A DNA stretch of 63,008 nt, counting the filler, from Octopus bimaculoides (Eukaryota), in NCBI RefSeq assembly GCF_001194135.2. It is 5 parts of 4 records of this genome, joined end to end, with 100 filler letters (N's around TTAATTAATTAA, not from the genome) between each part and the next. Parts side by side here need not be neighbours in the genome. Positions count along the whole stretch, not along the records: positions 1 to 26,807 come from NC_068983.1; 4 more parts are not named here. One strand, written 5' to 3'. Positions 11,701 to 23,205 of the stretch are shown here, in pieces. Under the pieces are notes generated by a model that was given only the letters and a program-made list of their open reading frames with translations, had not been told where the DNA came from and did not search any database. The first letter of the stretch is position 1. Each line of letters begins with the position of its first letter. A program made the position numbers and the translations under genes.

Positions 11701-11936
11701 AACAGTTATGGCGGAAGTTGGATGCATTGAATTACATTCTAGTGGAACTAAGACGCTGAGAGGCAAAGAATTCCGACAAGTGAAAGTTTGGCGATTGCGT
11801 GTCTGATGAAGCAGTTACAAGCTGAGGTTGTAACGTTTGTAGAGATTCTTGGATAGTAAAAATACGTGTCACTTGTCTAACATGTTTTCTAACAGCTTGT
11901 CTCTTTGATTGAGTAGCACCAGTCCTGGGTTTTACG

Positions 11937-12066
11937 TACCATTTCCCGTCTACCTCTGTCAACAATCAATTCCGCAAAATGATGCCGAAAAGTAACACAT
12001 TTTGGTGTTAGATATGACGTCATAGACTATGTTGCATCCCTGTTGGCAAATCACGCCCATAAAACT
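11937..12066 (-). repeat. Right arm of a ~130-bp inverted repeat
   Basis: Reverse complement of 10932-11061. Confidence 0.95.
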
Positions 12067-12523
12067 GGTGGGTGATATGATATCTGAAGTGCTGCAGTCG
12101 CTCGTAGTTCTGTACTAACTGGATAAAATGATCAATGGAAGCCTATAATTGCATTCTTTTGAGATTTAATGAAGGGTATGGTCAGTAACATCTTGGAGGT
12201 TTCTCTAGTCGTCGATGAAGATTTGCGGTTCAGTTTTTGGCAAAGGTCTTTCAGATCATATATTTTGGAAATTTTCCAAATATTTATGACTGATAGTGGT
12301 GTGCTATTGGAAGGAAGTTGCAATCACAGGATAAGGTCTATAGATATGGTATTACCGTTATAAGAACCTTCCCAATGAGTACAAGGAACAACGAATTCGT
12401 TTTCTACCTATTCCTTAAGGGTCTGCAGATCGGTGATTTGTGGAGTTGTGTTGAAGGACTGTTATTGAGTGAATGACAGATTCATTAAGATCGTACCACC
12501 GTCTTTCTTTGGCAATGAAGACG

Positions 12524-12598
<75 letters not shown>

Positions 12599-12602
<4 letters not shown>

Positions 12603-13856
12603 GCTGCGTAAAAAGTAAGCAACGTTTTGAAACATTAAATTTCATCACAATATATTTCAATAATGCAAAAAATTTATTTATCACAGTAAGTGCCACTACA
12701 ATCAACACATTTTTGCCAACGAGTTACAAGTTTGTTTATTCAGGTAACATAAAAACATCAAGCTCTAGAGCTGATGAACTCTTTAAACGCACTTTCAGTA
12801 TCGATTTGATATTTTTTGAATTCGTTCTCTTGCAGGAAACCATCAAAGTGCTTGAAAAAGTGGTAGTCGGTAGGAGAAAGGCCTGGGGAATAAGCTGGGT
12901 GGGGAAGAACTTCGTAGCCAAGTTCCCTCAACTTCTGGGGCGTCATTAGTGAAACGTGTGGTCGAGCATTGTCATGAAGAATGATTGACCCTCTTATGTT
13001 GACCAGTCTGGGACGGAGGAGTAGCAGTTTATTCGTTCATTTTGGCAATTTCATGGCAATATATTTCTGCAGTAATGGTTTTCCCAGGTTTTAGGAAGTT
13101 ATAGTGGATGAGTCCAGCAGTACACCATCAAACAGTCACATAACCTTCTTTTTGAAGATCTCGGGTTTAGGGAAGGTTTCCGGTGCTTCATTTTGGTCCA
13201 ACCACTACGGAGTAAGTTTTTATTATTGTACAGAATCCACTTTTCATTGCAAGTTACAATACGGTCGAGAAATGGATCGGTCTGATTACGGAGAAGAAGC
13301 CACAAGCAAATTTCCTATCTGCGCATTTCCTGATTTTCATTCAAATCGTGTGGTATCCATCTGTCGAGCTTTTTCGATTTTCCGAACGCATGCAAATAGT
13401 TTTCTGACTAACTTGAAGTTATTTTGCCAGTTCTCGAGTGGTTTTATGTTGATCTTTCTTAATGACGGTCTTTAATTGACCGTCATCGATGACAGATTGG
13501 CGTCCACTCCGCTCAAGATCTTCAAGGCTCAGGTCTCCACTGCGAAATCGTTTAAACCATTTTTGAGCTGACCACTCACTGGTCAATTCCTCACCAAACG
13601 TTTCCTTGATATCTCGAGCAGTTTCAGCTGCTTTACGTGCTTTTTCTGAAGTTCAATAACACAATTGCACGAATATCGCGCTTTCACAGTTCTATTTCAG
13701 ATGATTGCAACGACGGTGAAAAAAATATCAATGTTATTTTATTGATGCATTTGAGCAAGTCTATGTCTGTATCATCAAACAATTGCAAAAGAATGTTTTT
13801 CAAAACTGAAAAAATTCGCTACAAATTCTTCATGGTTCAAAACATTGCTTTTTTTT
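12599..13856 (-). mobile_element. Mariner (Hsmar1/SETMAR-like) transposon, decayed, near full length
   Basis: KAAETARDI..WFKRFRSGDLSLED..RSGR, WIPHDL, FLDRIVTCNEKWILYNN, LPHPAYSPGLSPTDYHFF. Left TIR TCAGGCTGCGTAAAAAGTAAGCAACGTTTTGAA follows TA; a right TIR remnant TTCAAAACATTGCTT runs into poly-T; ~1.26 kb. Confidence 0.95.
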
Positions 13857-14559
13857 TTTTTTTTTTTTTTTTTTTTGCAATATTTATTTCTGCTGGCAAT
13901 AGCCTGTTCTTTTGGTCAAACTATCGTATTTTCAGCTGTTTCAGATGCTAAGATATAAAAAAATTGTCAGTGTAGTACAATGGTTTTGCTATGGAATGGT
14001 GAAACTATTACATTTTCCATCTCCTTAATTTTACTCACAAGTATTGGCATCTCCAAGACTATGAAAGAAGTCATTTGCCCAAAGGGTCATATTGCAGAAA
14101 CGAACCCGGAACCGCGGAGTTGCAAAGGGAACTTGTTAGGCAATGCACGTATGTGAAAGCTATAATGTACACAATACGTGTCTTAGCTGTTTCTTTCTTA
14201 CTTTCATGGATGTCCGTAAATTGTATATAACATTCCCATACGATATTAATATCTGTCTCCTGACGATTCTTAAAATAATAATCGTTACAGCATTTTAATT
14301 TAGCTATAGGAGACGTGAGCATAATTCATAAAAGGATTTATTTAATACAAGCTAAGTAATTTTTATCGATTTATTCCAGTACTATTGTCACTTCGCCCTG
14401 GATAAATCAATTACAAGAAAATGGTAGGATCGGAGAATACAGTATAATATAACTTGAAATAATGGTATATATTACTTGGTGTGATGTAATAGTATAGAGT
14501 ACGGTGTTCATTTGATACAATATGACGTAGCAACATTAATAAATGAAAATGGCAGATAG

Positions 14560-14690
14560 AAGACGGTGAAAAACGTGAGTCTGGTTGATGACCGGGAAGC
14601 ATGGCTGGAGGGAGAAAGTTGCGTCTTGCGGTGCACCGACAGTGTCAAGAGACATTAGATATTGATTGACTGATTGGTTTAGGATAAAGA
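14560..14690 (+). mobile_element. Possible RTE-type LINE extreme 3' end with ATTG-repeat tail
   Basis: LVDDREAW...LRCTDSVKRH followed by ATTGATTGACTGATTG; short and weak match. Confidence 0.3.
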
Positions 14691-14844
14691 GGTTCGATAT
14701 AATATTAGTTACTTTTTTGACTAGGCACCGAATACCTTTTTATATTTTAGGGATGAAAATGAGGGTATGAAAATACTAAGGAAATTAGCAGTATTAGTGA
14801 ACTGACGTCGATTTAAGTAAAGATTGAATCTAAATATTTCCTTC

Positions 14845-14945
14845 TTTCTTTCCTCTCTTCCTTCCTTCCTTCCTTTCTTCCTTCCTTCCTTCCTTCCTTC
14901 CTTCCTTCCTTCCTTACCTTCTTCCTTCCTTTCTTTCTTTTTTCT
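14845..14945. repeat. (TTCC)n microsatellite
   Basis: Directly visible. Confidence 0.9.
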
Positions 14946-15679
14946 TTTACTTGCTGAATCTAGAGGGATGAGCGGTAACCACGATTTACAGATGCTCCCG
15001 AGACCAGTGAGCTTGATGCTGTTAATGTTATGTTTAAAGTCGACAGTTGAAGGTTTAATAGGGTAATAGTCACACAGGCTCTTCTTAGGCTGTTCATAAT
15101 GTCAGGTGGTTTGCGTGTGAAGAAAATGACCATACTAAAATCTAATTGAGATTTCAAATATTTTATTAACTCGCAACGTTCATATTTACTAATACGCATC
15201 TAATAAGCTAATGGCACAGCTTTCAATGATCAGCTGGGAATCTTCTGTGATACACAATTTGCAAGATAATATCAGGAAAGAAGCGCAAATAATTTCAAGT
15301 ACTGGATATGATTAAAGTGCGTTACTCGACACTACAAGTTAATACTGGTTCCTTCTCTTGGGTACAACATATACATGTTACATAAGAAAGTAAAGGAGAA
15401 GGGAAAGACGAACTCGTTGCGACCAGCGGCATAGTTTTCTCTTGATAGTTGAGTGGCTCTCTGAGGTTGAATTTGCCATGCAGAATATTCTTTTGTAACT
15501 GTAAGCCTTTAAAATCTTCGGCAAAATGTTTTGGGGGAAAACTCGCACACTTCGTTTGGAGTTTGCCACGTTAATCATAAGTCAGCTTTTGTTGATTATT
15601 CAAGTCATATTCACATTGACGTTAAAACGTTTTCTGGTGACATAATTCCTTTTATGAAAGTAAAGTAATTCAGAGTTCC

Positions 15680-16027
15680 CGACTGGGAAAATTTGGGAGC
15701 CATGTTTCAAAACTCAGTAGGTGGCTTACTACAAAGGAAGGACATGAACATGGAGGAAATTCCAGTCAGATGATATTCTGGAGAGGAAGAACTGGGTATA
15801 ATGGTTAGTGCGGGTGGCGGTGGTGGAGGGGTTGGATACCAAGTAGGGGATGGGCGAAGGAGAAAAGACGAGTGTGTCAGGTGATCGAGTGGCGGTGGAA
15901 CGAGACCAGTTGGCCTCGAAGAGCACTGAGCATTACAGTATCGGTAAAAATGGTTGAGACTGGAGAGAGTCTGTGAGAGATTTTATGCCAAACAATGGTA
16001 TGATCTTTTTCTGAATACAGTCTAGAA
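15680..16027 (-). mobile_element. CR1/L2/Jockey-group LINE RT C-terminal fragment
   Basis: LDCIQKKII...FYRYCNAQCSS..LVPPPL...RTNHYTQFFLSRISSDWN, matching the LDRIQK..FYRY..CSSEL..RTxxYxxSF..RxxxxWN C-terminus. Confidence 0.75.
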
Positions 16028-16046
16028 TGTGTGTGTGTGTGTGTAT

Positions 16047-16086
<40 letters not shown>

Positions 16087-17800
16087 NNNNNNNNNNNNNN
16101 NNNNNNNNNNNNNNNNNNNNNNNNNNNNNNNNNNNNNNNNNNNNNNNNNNNNNNNNNNNNNNNNNNNNNNNNNNNNNNNNNNNNNNNNNNNNNNNNNNNN
16201 NNNNNNNNNNNNNNNNNNNNNNNNNNNNNNNNNNNNNNNNNNNNNNNNNNNNNNNNNNNNNNNNNNNNNNNNNNNNNNNNNNNNNNNNNNNNNNNNNNNN
16301 NNNNNNNNNNNNNNNNNNNNNNNNNNNNNNNNNNNNNNNNNNNNNNNNNNNNNNNNNNNNNNNNNNNNNNNNNNNNNNNNNNNNNNNNNNNNNNNNNNNN
16401 NNNNNNNNNNNNNNNNNNNNNNNNNNNNNNNNNNNNNNNNNNNNNNNNNNNNNNNNNNNNNNNNNNNNNNNNNNNNNNNNNNNNNNNNNNNNNNNNNNNN
16501 NNNNNNNNNNNNNNNNNNNNNNNNNNNNNNNNNNNNNNNNNNNNNNNNNNNNNNNNNNNNNNNNNNNNNNNNNNNNNNNNNNNNNNNNNNNNNNNNNNNT
16601 ATATATATATATATATATAATCCAAGAGAGTTAGGAGTTGAAGATTCAACCCACTAAGGGATGGTATCTATCCAATATACTGCTGGGAGGGTACCCAATT
16701 ATTGTTACACTAGTGCTTTATCAAGTGCAATAAGTGGGTGCGGGTAAAAGGGGGTTATTTTACCCTAAATTTACGCAGAAATGAGAAAATGGAGGATAAT
16801 ATGCGGTATCCATCGACTTGCAGACAATGTATTCCGTTGATTAATCTGTTTATTTTATAACTAAATTGACAAAAAACACAATATACAGATAATTATGACA
16901 TATCATGTCATATTAACAATTAAGGTTACAAATATAANNNNNNNNNNNNNNNNNNNNNNNNNNNNNNNNNNNNNNNNNNNNNNNNNNNNNNNNNNNNNNN
17001 NNNNNNNNNNNNNNNNNNNNNNNNNNNNNNNNNNNNNNNNNNNNNNNNNNNNNNNNNNNNNNNNNNNNNNNNNNNNNNNNNNNNNNNNNNNNNNNNNNNN
17101 NNNNNNNNNNNNNNNNNNNNNNNNNNNNNNNNNNNNNNNNNNNNNNNNNNNNNNNNNNNNNNNNNNNNNNNNNNNNNNNNNNNNNNNNNNNNNNNNNNNN
17201 NNNNNNNNNNNNNNNNNNNNNNNNNNNNNNNNNNNNNNNNNNNNNNNNNNNNNNNNNNNNNNNNNNNNNNNNNNNNNNNNNNNNNNNNNNNNNNNNNNNN
17301 NNNNNNNNNNNNNNNNNNNNNNNNNNNNNNNNNNNNNNNNNNNNNNNNNNNNNNNNNNNNNNNNNNNNNNNNNNNNNNNNNNNNNNNNNNNNNNNNNNNN
17401 NNNNNNNNNNNNNNNNNNNNNNNNNNNNNNNNNNNNNNNNNNNNNNNNNNNNNNNNNNNNNNNNNNNNNNNNNNNNNNNNNNNNNNNNNNNNNNNNNNNN
17501 NNNNNNNNNNNNNNNNNNNNNNNNNNNNNNNNNNNNNNNNNNNNNNNNNNNNNNNNNNNNNNNNNNNNNNNNNNNNNNNNNNNNNNNNNNNNNNNNNNNN
17601 NNNNNNNNNNNNNNNNNNNNNNNNNNNNNNNNNNNNNNNNNNNNNNNNNNNNNNNNNNNNNNNNNNNNNNNNNNNNNNNNNNNNNNNNNNNNNNNNNNNN
17701 NNNNNNNNNNNNNNNNNNNNNNNNNNNNNNNNNNNNNNNNNNNNNNNNNNNNNNNNNNNNNNNNNNNNNNNNNNNNNNNNNNNNNNNNNNNNNNNNNNNN

Positions 17801-18514
17801 CCAACTCCCATGGTTACCGAGATAATCGATTATTACTTTTTAAGATAGGAATATCCCATTCAAAGTGGGGAGGGGCGATTTTGTTGCATTTCCCATGCGC
17901 GAAATTTTACGAAAAACCAGCACAATAAAGATTATTTTTTTCCAAGTAATGTGGCTGGGTTTGTTTTTCGAAAATTTTAATCAGAGGCACAGAAAAAAAA
18001 AAATTCAATTTTTTGTGTATTAAAAAGCCAAAGTTGTTAGACGCTGGCGTACAACGATCGATATATACGCAGTGAACGTTTTCTCCATTTGCATGCAATA
18101 AGGCTTAGGGCAAGCGAGTGTAACATCGAAATAACTTGAAAAGAATGCGTGTGGGAATGCCGTTATAATGAATGCTCATTTAAATGCATTTTGCATGGAG
18201 TTGATGTACTTTTTAACGGGAGAGGAGTGCCTGCAGGCTGGTTCTTCTCAAGTTTATGCATTTTCAGGTTCAATGTGTTTCAAATAAGTACTGACAATTG
18301 AAGGTGATTGCAAAGACAAAGAACTACCTATTTTTTTTAAAACAATTTTAACAGTGAGAACATTGGACAAAATATGTTATTGACATTAATAGTTTGTACC
18401 TCAGCTAATTACTGTTGAGAACTGCATAATCCATGTATCATGTTAGAGATCTAAAAGGCATTTTCGAATTTCATTATTTTCTTTAATCCAGGCAACACTG
18501 GATATTTCTGCTAG
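17801..18514 (+). mobile_element. Non-autonomous Helitron 3' portion (5' end probably in the gap)
   Basis: Ends in the hairpin ATCCAG-GCAACA-CTGGAT, then ATTTCTGCTAG|T, same architecture as 26176-26204. The 5' extent is uncertain. Confidence 0.65.
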
Positions 18515-18631
18515 TACACATATAATACGCACACTCATTTACATTTATATTTATACATTCATGCATACATTCACGTACGTATTTTCATATATACATACAT
18601 TCATACACATATACACACTATTCATACATGT

Positions 18632-19011
18632 GGAGGCGCAATGGCCCAGTGGTTAGGGCAGCAAACACATAGTCATAGGATCGCGGTTTCGATTCCCAGA
18701 CCGGGCGTTGTGAGTGTTTATTGAGCGAAAACAGCTTTAGTTCCACGTGGCTCCGGCAGGGGGTGGTGGCGAACCCTGTTGTATTTTTTCGCCACAACTT
18801 TCTCTCACTCTTTCTTCCTGCTTCTGTTGTACTGTATTTTCAAAGGGCCAGCCTTGTCGCACTCTGTGTCACGCTGAACTCTCCAGGGAACTACGTTATG
18901 GGTATATGTGTCTGTGGAGTGTTCAGCCACTCGAACGTTAATTTCACGAGCAGGCTGTTCCGTTGATCGGATCAACTGGAACCCTCGTCGTCGTAACCGA
19001 CGGAGTACCAC
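18632..19011 (+). mobile_element. SINE family C, full length
   Basis: GGAGGCGCAATGGCCCAGTGG (A box), GGTTTCGATTCC (B box), pyrimidine-rich body, tail AACTGGAACCCTCGTCGTCGTAACCGACGGAG. Confidence 0.92.
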
Positions 19012-19534
19012 GATTCATACATACATTCACATACGTATACACGCTATTATAATCATGAATGTCATCAGCGTCCATACTCCCACCAACGACCCCACCGTCC
19101 ACCACCACCACCACATTCATCATGTATGCTATTCAATGTTATATCATTTTATCACCTTGCTATACTCAATTCACCCAGTTTTATCTCGCATATGACGTCA
19201 CTGGTTTAACATAAAAGATTGAAAAATTACTGTTTCTGATAATTTTGTTACAATTCCTTTTGTTTGCTCTGTTGGCTGAACGTTTGTAAGGATGGCCATA
19301 ATGACAACGACGACGATGACGATGATGATGATGGTGACGATGCTCTTTATGTCTCCATTGTTGTTGTTGTTGTTACTGCTGCTGCTGCTGCTGTTTCCTG
19401 AAGCTGAATAGAAATCTATTAATCAGAACCCCTCTTAACAGAATTTCATTTCTATTTAGAAAACGCAACAGACCAATATCTGTGAGTTTAGCCTATCCCA
19501 CTCTCTCCCTCTCTCTTGCTTCTCTCTCTCTCTC

Positions 19535-19670
19535 GAACTGGCAGAATCGTTTCAGCATCGGAAAACAATGTCCTGTGTCATGTGTCCCAACGCGTTACTT
19601 TCTGAGTTCAAATCCTGCCGAGATGAGCTTTGTTTGTCATTCTTCCAGAGGCGATTTAATAAAGTAACTC
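19535..19670 (+). mobile_element. SINE family B, diverged
   Basis: CTGGCAGAATCGTT...TTCTGAGTTCAAATCCTGCCGAG. Confidence 0.75.
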
Positions 19671-19873
19671 GCGCTTAATCGGGAAGAATTTCCTTGTAGT
19701 GTAATCAGCACACTGAAGAAGCGTACAGTACATGACGACAAGGATGAATAGCGGGGAAGTCAACCTTACGGCGGACCAGTGTCCTGCTTAAGGGTAAGTG
19801 CTGTAGTCTCAGTCACTTATAAGCTACAGTAACCGGGTTAAGTTCAGGCATTATCAGCTCTAGGGCTACCACA

Positions 19874-20278
19874 TCTTTTATCTTGTTGTAGTCAGTAGAC
19901 TGCGACCATACTGGGGCACCTCTTTGATGAATTTTAGTCAACCGAATCGACCCCAGTACTTATATTTTTAAAGCCTGGTACTTATTCTATGGGTCTCTTT
20001 TGCCGAGCTGCTAAGTTACAGGGACGGAAACATACCAACTCTGGTTGTCAAGCGGTGGTGCGACAAACATTTTACCCCCCCCCCNNNNNNNNNNCACACA
20101 CACACTTATATATGCGACGGGCTTCTTTCAGTTTCCAACTACCAAATCCGCTCACAAGGCTTTGATCGGACCGAGGCCATAGTAGAAGACACTTGTACAA
20201 GGTGACAGGTAGTGGGACTGAACGCAGAACCATGTGGCTGGGAAGCAAACGTCTTACCACACAGTCACGCCTGCGCCT
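19874..20278 (-). mobile_element. SINE family A, full length
   Basis: Head, CORE box, internal microsatellite and tail all present in reverse. Confidence 0.92.
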
Positions 20279-20279
20279 A

Positions 20280-21740
20280 CAAACCATGCCAGCTGCACCC
20301 ACCTGTAACTTTAACTACAATTACTTGTTATTGATGCAACAGTTACATTATATTGCAACATTATTTCGTCAACAGCTGCCTTTGATTGCAGCTCTATTCA
20401 TCACTGTTCTTGCAGTTTGAAATGACAAAAATGAGTTGTACCTGTAATTCAAAGAGTCGGCCTTGTCATATTCGATGTGTCACGTTGAATCTCCCCGTCA
20501 ACTACGTTAAGGGTATGTGTGCCTGTGGAGTGCTCAGCCACTTGTGCGTTAATTTTTCTCGAGCAGGCTGTTTCGGTGATCGGATCAATTGGAACGTTCA
20601 ACGTAACAGATGGAGAGCCAAGTCACTAAAAAAATTTGCGTGTGATTTTAACAAGAATTATTTGTTATTGATGCAACAATTACAATTATATTGCAACATT
20701 ATTGCATCAAGAGTTATTTTTAATTGCAACTCTACTCATCGCTCTCCTTGCATTTTGAAGTTATTGCATCAACACTTAGCTGTCTTTGCAACCCAAAATT
20801 TCTGTTATTAATGCAGCTGCAGTTGCCTCTTTATTACATTTGCATTCACCTGTCATTACCAATGCAGGTACCTCTTTATTGCTTCTGCTGTTACCTGTTA
20901 TTGCAATTACAGCTAGCTCTTTATTGCAGTTGCATTCACCCGTGATTGCCACTGCATTTACCTGTAATTGCCACTGCAGTCAGCTGTCATTGCAGTTGCT
21001 TTCACCTGTCATTGTCACTGCAGTTACTTCTGTATTGCCTCTGCTGTTACCTGTTATTGTCACTGAAGTTATCTCATGAATGCAATTGCATTCACCTGTA
21101 ATTGCCTCTGCAGTTAGCTGTCATTGCAGTTACCTCTGTATTGCCGCTACTGTTACCTGTCATTACCACTGCAGTTATCCCTTTATTGCAGTTGCATTCG
21201 CTTGTAATTGTCACTGCAGTTACCTGTAATTTCCACTGCAGTTAGTTATCATTGCAGTTGCTTTCACCTGTCATTATCACTGTAGTTACCTCTTTATTGC
21301 CTCTGCTGTCACCTGTTATTGTCACAGCTGTTAGATCTTTAATGCAGTTACATTCACCTGTCATTGCTGCTGCTGTTACCTCTAAGTAGTAGTTGCAATC
21401 ACCTGTCATTACCGCTGCATTTACCTGTTATTGTAGCAATAGCAACCTGTAACTTAATCAACAGCTGCCTGCTATTGCTGTTGCATTAATTCCTGTTATT
21501 ACGGCAGCAGTTAACCATTTTTTACAACTGCGATTACTGTTATTATTTCAGCTGCTGTTACCTGTTATTGCAGCTGCAATTTCCTGTTATTATAACAACA
21601 ATTACCTGTTATTGCAGTTCCAGTTATCCGTTACTGCAGCGGCAGCAGATACATTTTATTCGGATTGCATTGATTTCTGTTATTGCAGTAGCAGCCAACT
21701 ATTATTGCAACGAAGACTGTTGTTATTGTTGTCGTTGTTG
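20280..21740. repeat. Cryptic degenerate satellite built from ATTGCA/GTTACCTGT-type subunits
   Basis: Recurrent GTTACCTGTCATTGC and TTGCAGTTGCATTCACC; interrupted by a SINE C tail at ~20450-20605. Confidence 0.9.
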
Positions 21741-21779
21741 CTGTTCCTGTTGTTATTTTTTGTCATTTTTTACTTTGTA

Positions 21780-21968
21780 TCTTCTATTTCTTACTTGTCT
21801 CAGTCATTAGACTACGGCCATACTGGGGCACCGCCTTGAAGAGTTTTTAATCGAACGAATCGATTCTCCAGTGCTTATATATTTCTTAAAGCCTGGTACT
21901 TATTCTATCGGTGGTTTTCGTCGAACCGCTACGTTACGGGGGACATAAACACACCAACACCGGTTGTC
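21780..21968 (-). mobile_element. SINE family A, 3' half
   Basis: Tail motifs CAGTCATTAGACTACGGCCATACTGGGGCACCGCC and CCTGGTACTTATTCTATCGG. Confidence 0.9.
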
Positions 21969-22516
21969 GTTAGAACTGCCAGACATAGCAACCAAGTCTC
22001 TATCACACCACAATCGATACGTTAGGAAATGCGAAGGAGACATTAGATGGTGTAACTCTACATAACACTTAAAAAGACAGGGTGGCCACCTTTGGATTGC
22101 CTTTGACTATGGGTCTGCTCAGTCATCAGGGTTGACACAGTGCTAAACAGTAGCAGTTATAACAACAACAGCAACAACAACAATAACAACTACAACATCA
22201 GCCATTATTTAGTTTCACCTCTTCCTACGTTTGAGTACAATCCCCACCAAGATTAACGTTTAAGTTATATCCGTGCAGATTAACGATCAAATTGATTAAT
22301 CCCTTCAGCTATAGACTTTCTCAGTAGGTCTTTTTACAATTTCATTGGTACTGTTGTTGGTGTTGTTGCTGCTGCTGCTGTTTAACCCCAGCGATTTTAA
22401 TTGAAAAGACCCATAGTGGTGGTGGTGATGATTTTGTATTGTTACCCTTGCTTCTACAGTTGCTATGGTCATAACGATGGTTACCTGGAATAACATCAGA
22501 AAAGTCAGTAACGAGA

Positions 22517-22517
<1 letters not shown>

Positions 22518-22591
<74 letters not shown>

Positions 22592-22598
22592 GCTGCTG

Positions 22599-22669
<71 letters not shown>

Positions 22670-22670
22670 A
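22518..22670. repeat. Compound (TAC)n-(TGC)n trinucleotide array
   Basis: Directly visible. Confidence 0.97.
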
Positions 22671-22901
22671 CTGTCCTCTTTCGAAATTAATAACAGAAAA
22701 AAAGAATGACAAAAATACACAAAAATCTCTAGACTATATCAAGGTTAAAGGATTAAGAAAGACTGAAAGCGCAAACATCAGCAAATGAAATTAATTGCTT
22801 TATTTAAAAACTGGACTTTGTGACGGTGCAGCCAGTAGAGTACTTAGATACTGTGTTTATTTTGTATGTGACGTTAGTGGAGGTGCAATGGCCCTGTGGT
22901 T

Positions 22902-23205
22902 AGAGATGAATGCAATAACTATACTGAGAAGTAATGTTTATCGCTACTTCAACATGGCTGTTCCGTAGGAACCGACGTCACTACCATTTTAAACTCAGGA
23001 GGACGCGTCCTCCAGCTGGTTATTCAATGCAATCTGCACCCGATATATATTGCAGGCAGGGGACCGAACCCCTACCATCTTCCAACGGCAGGGTCAATAG
23101 ACCGTATGGTTTCGAGCTATTTGTGCTCATCCTCAGTGGTGGATACTGATCCGCTAGAGATAGCAGTAGTTCGCTCCAGCTTGAAATATATAGAAAATAA
23201 GTGAC
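22902..23205 (-). mobile_element. ~300-bp hammerhead-containing element, copy 1 (probable PLE terminal repeat or retrozyme-like)
   Basis: Inverted near-identical copy at 26205-26468; contains CTGAGGA-T-GAGC/GCTC-GAAA-CC/GG-TC. Confidence 0.8.
23091..23152 (-). ncRNA. Hammerhead ribozyme-like motif (type I, atypical stem I)
   Basis: CUGAGGA U GAGC-ACAAAUA-GCUC GAAA CC-AUAC-GG UC; distal helix GGAUCAGUA/UAUUGACCC with a 7-nt bulge. Confidence 0.55.

Noticed and set aside
18632-18710. tRNA-like sequences with A and B boxes (many copies)
   Set aside because: They lack a complete cloverleaf and continue into SINE bodies; they are SINE heads, not tRNA genes.
19700-19793. Segment with strong acceptor (TTTCCTTGTAG) and donor (AGG|GTAAGT)
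   Set aside because: Stop codons in all three frames; could only be non-coding, and there is no supporting evidence.
20800-21500. Repeat-spacer-like pattern suggestive of a CRISPR array
   Set aside because: Eukaryotic context, degenerate units with no unique spacers and no cas genes; it is a satellite.
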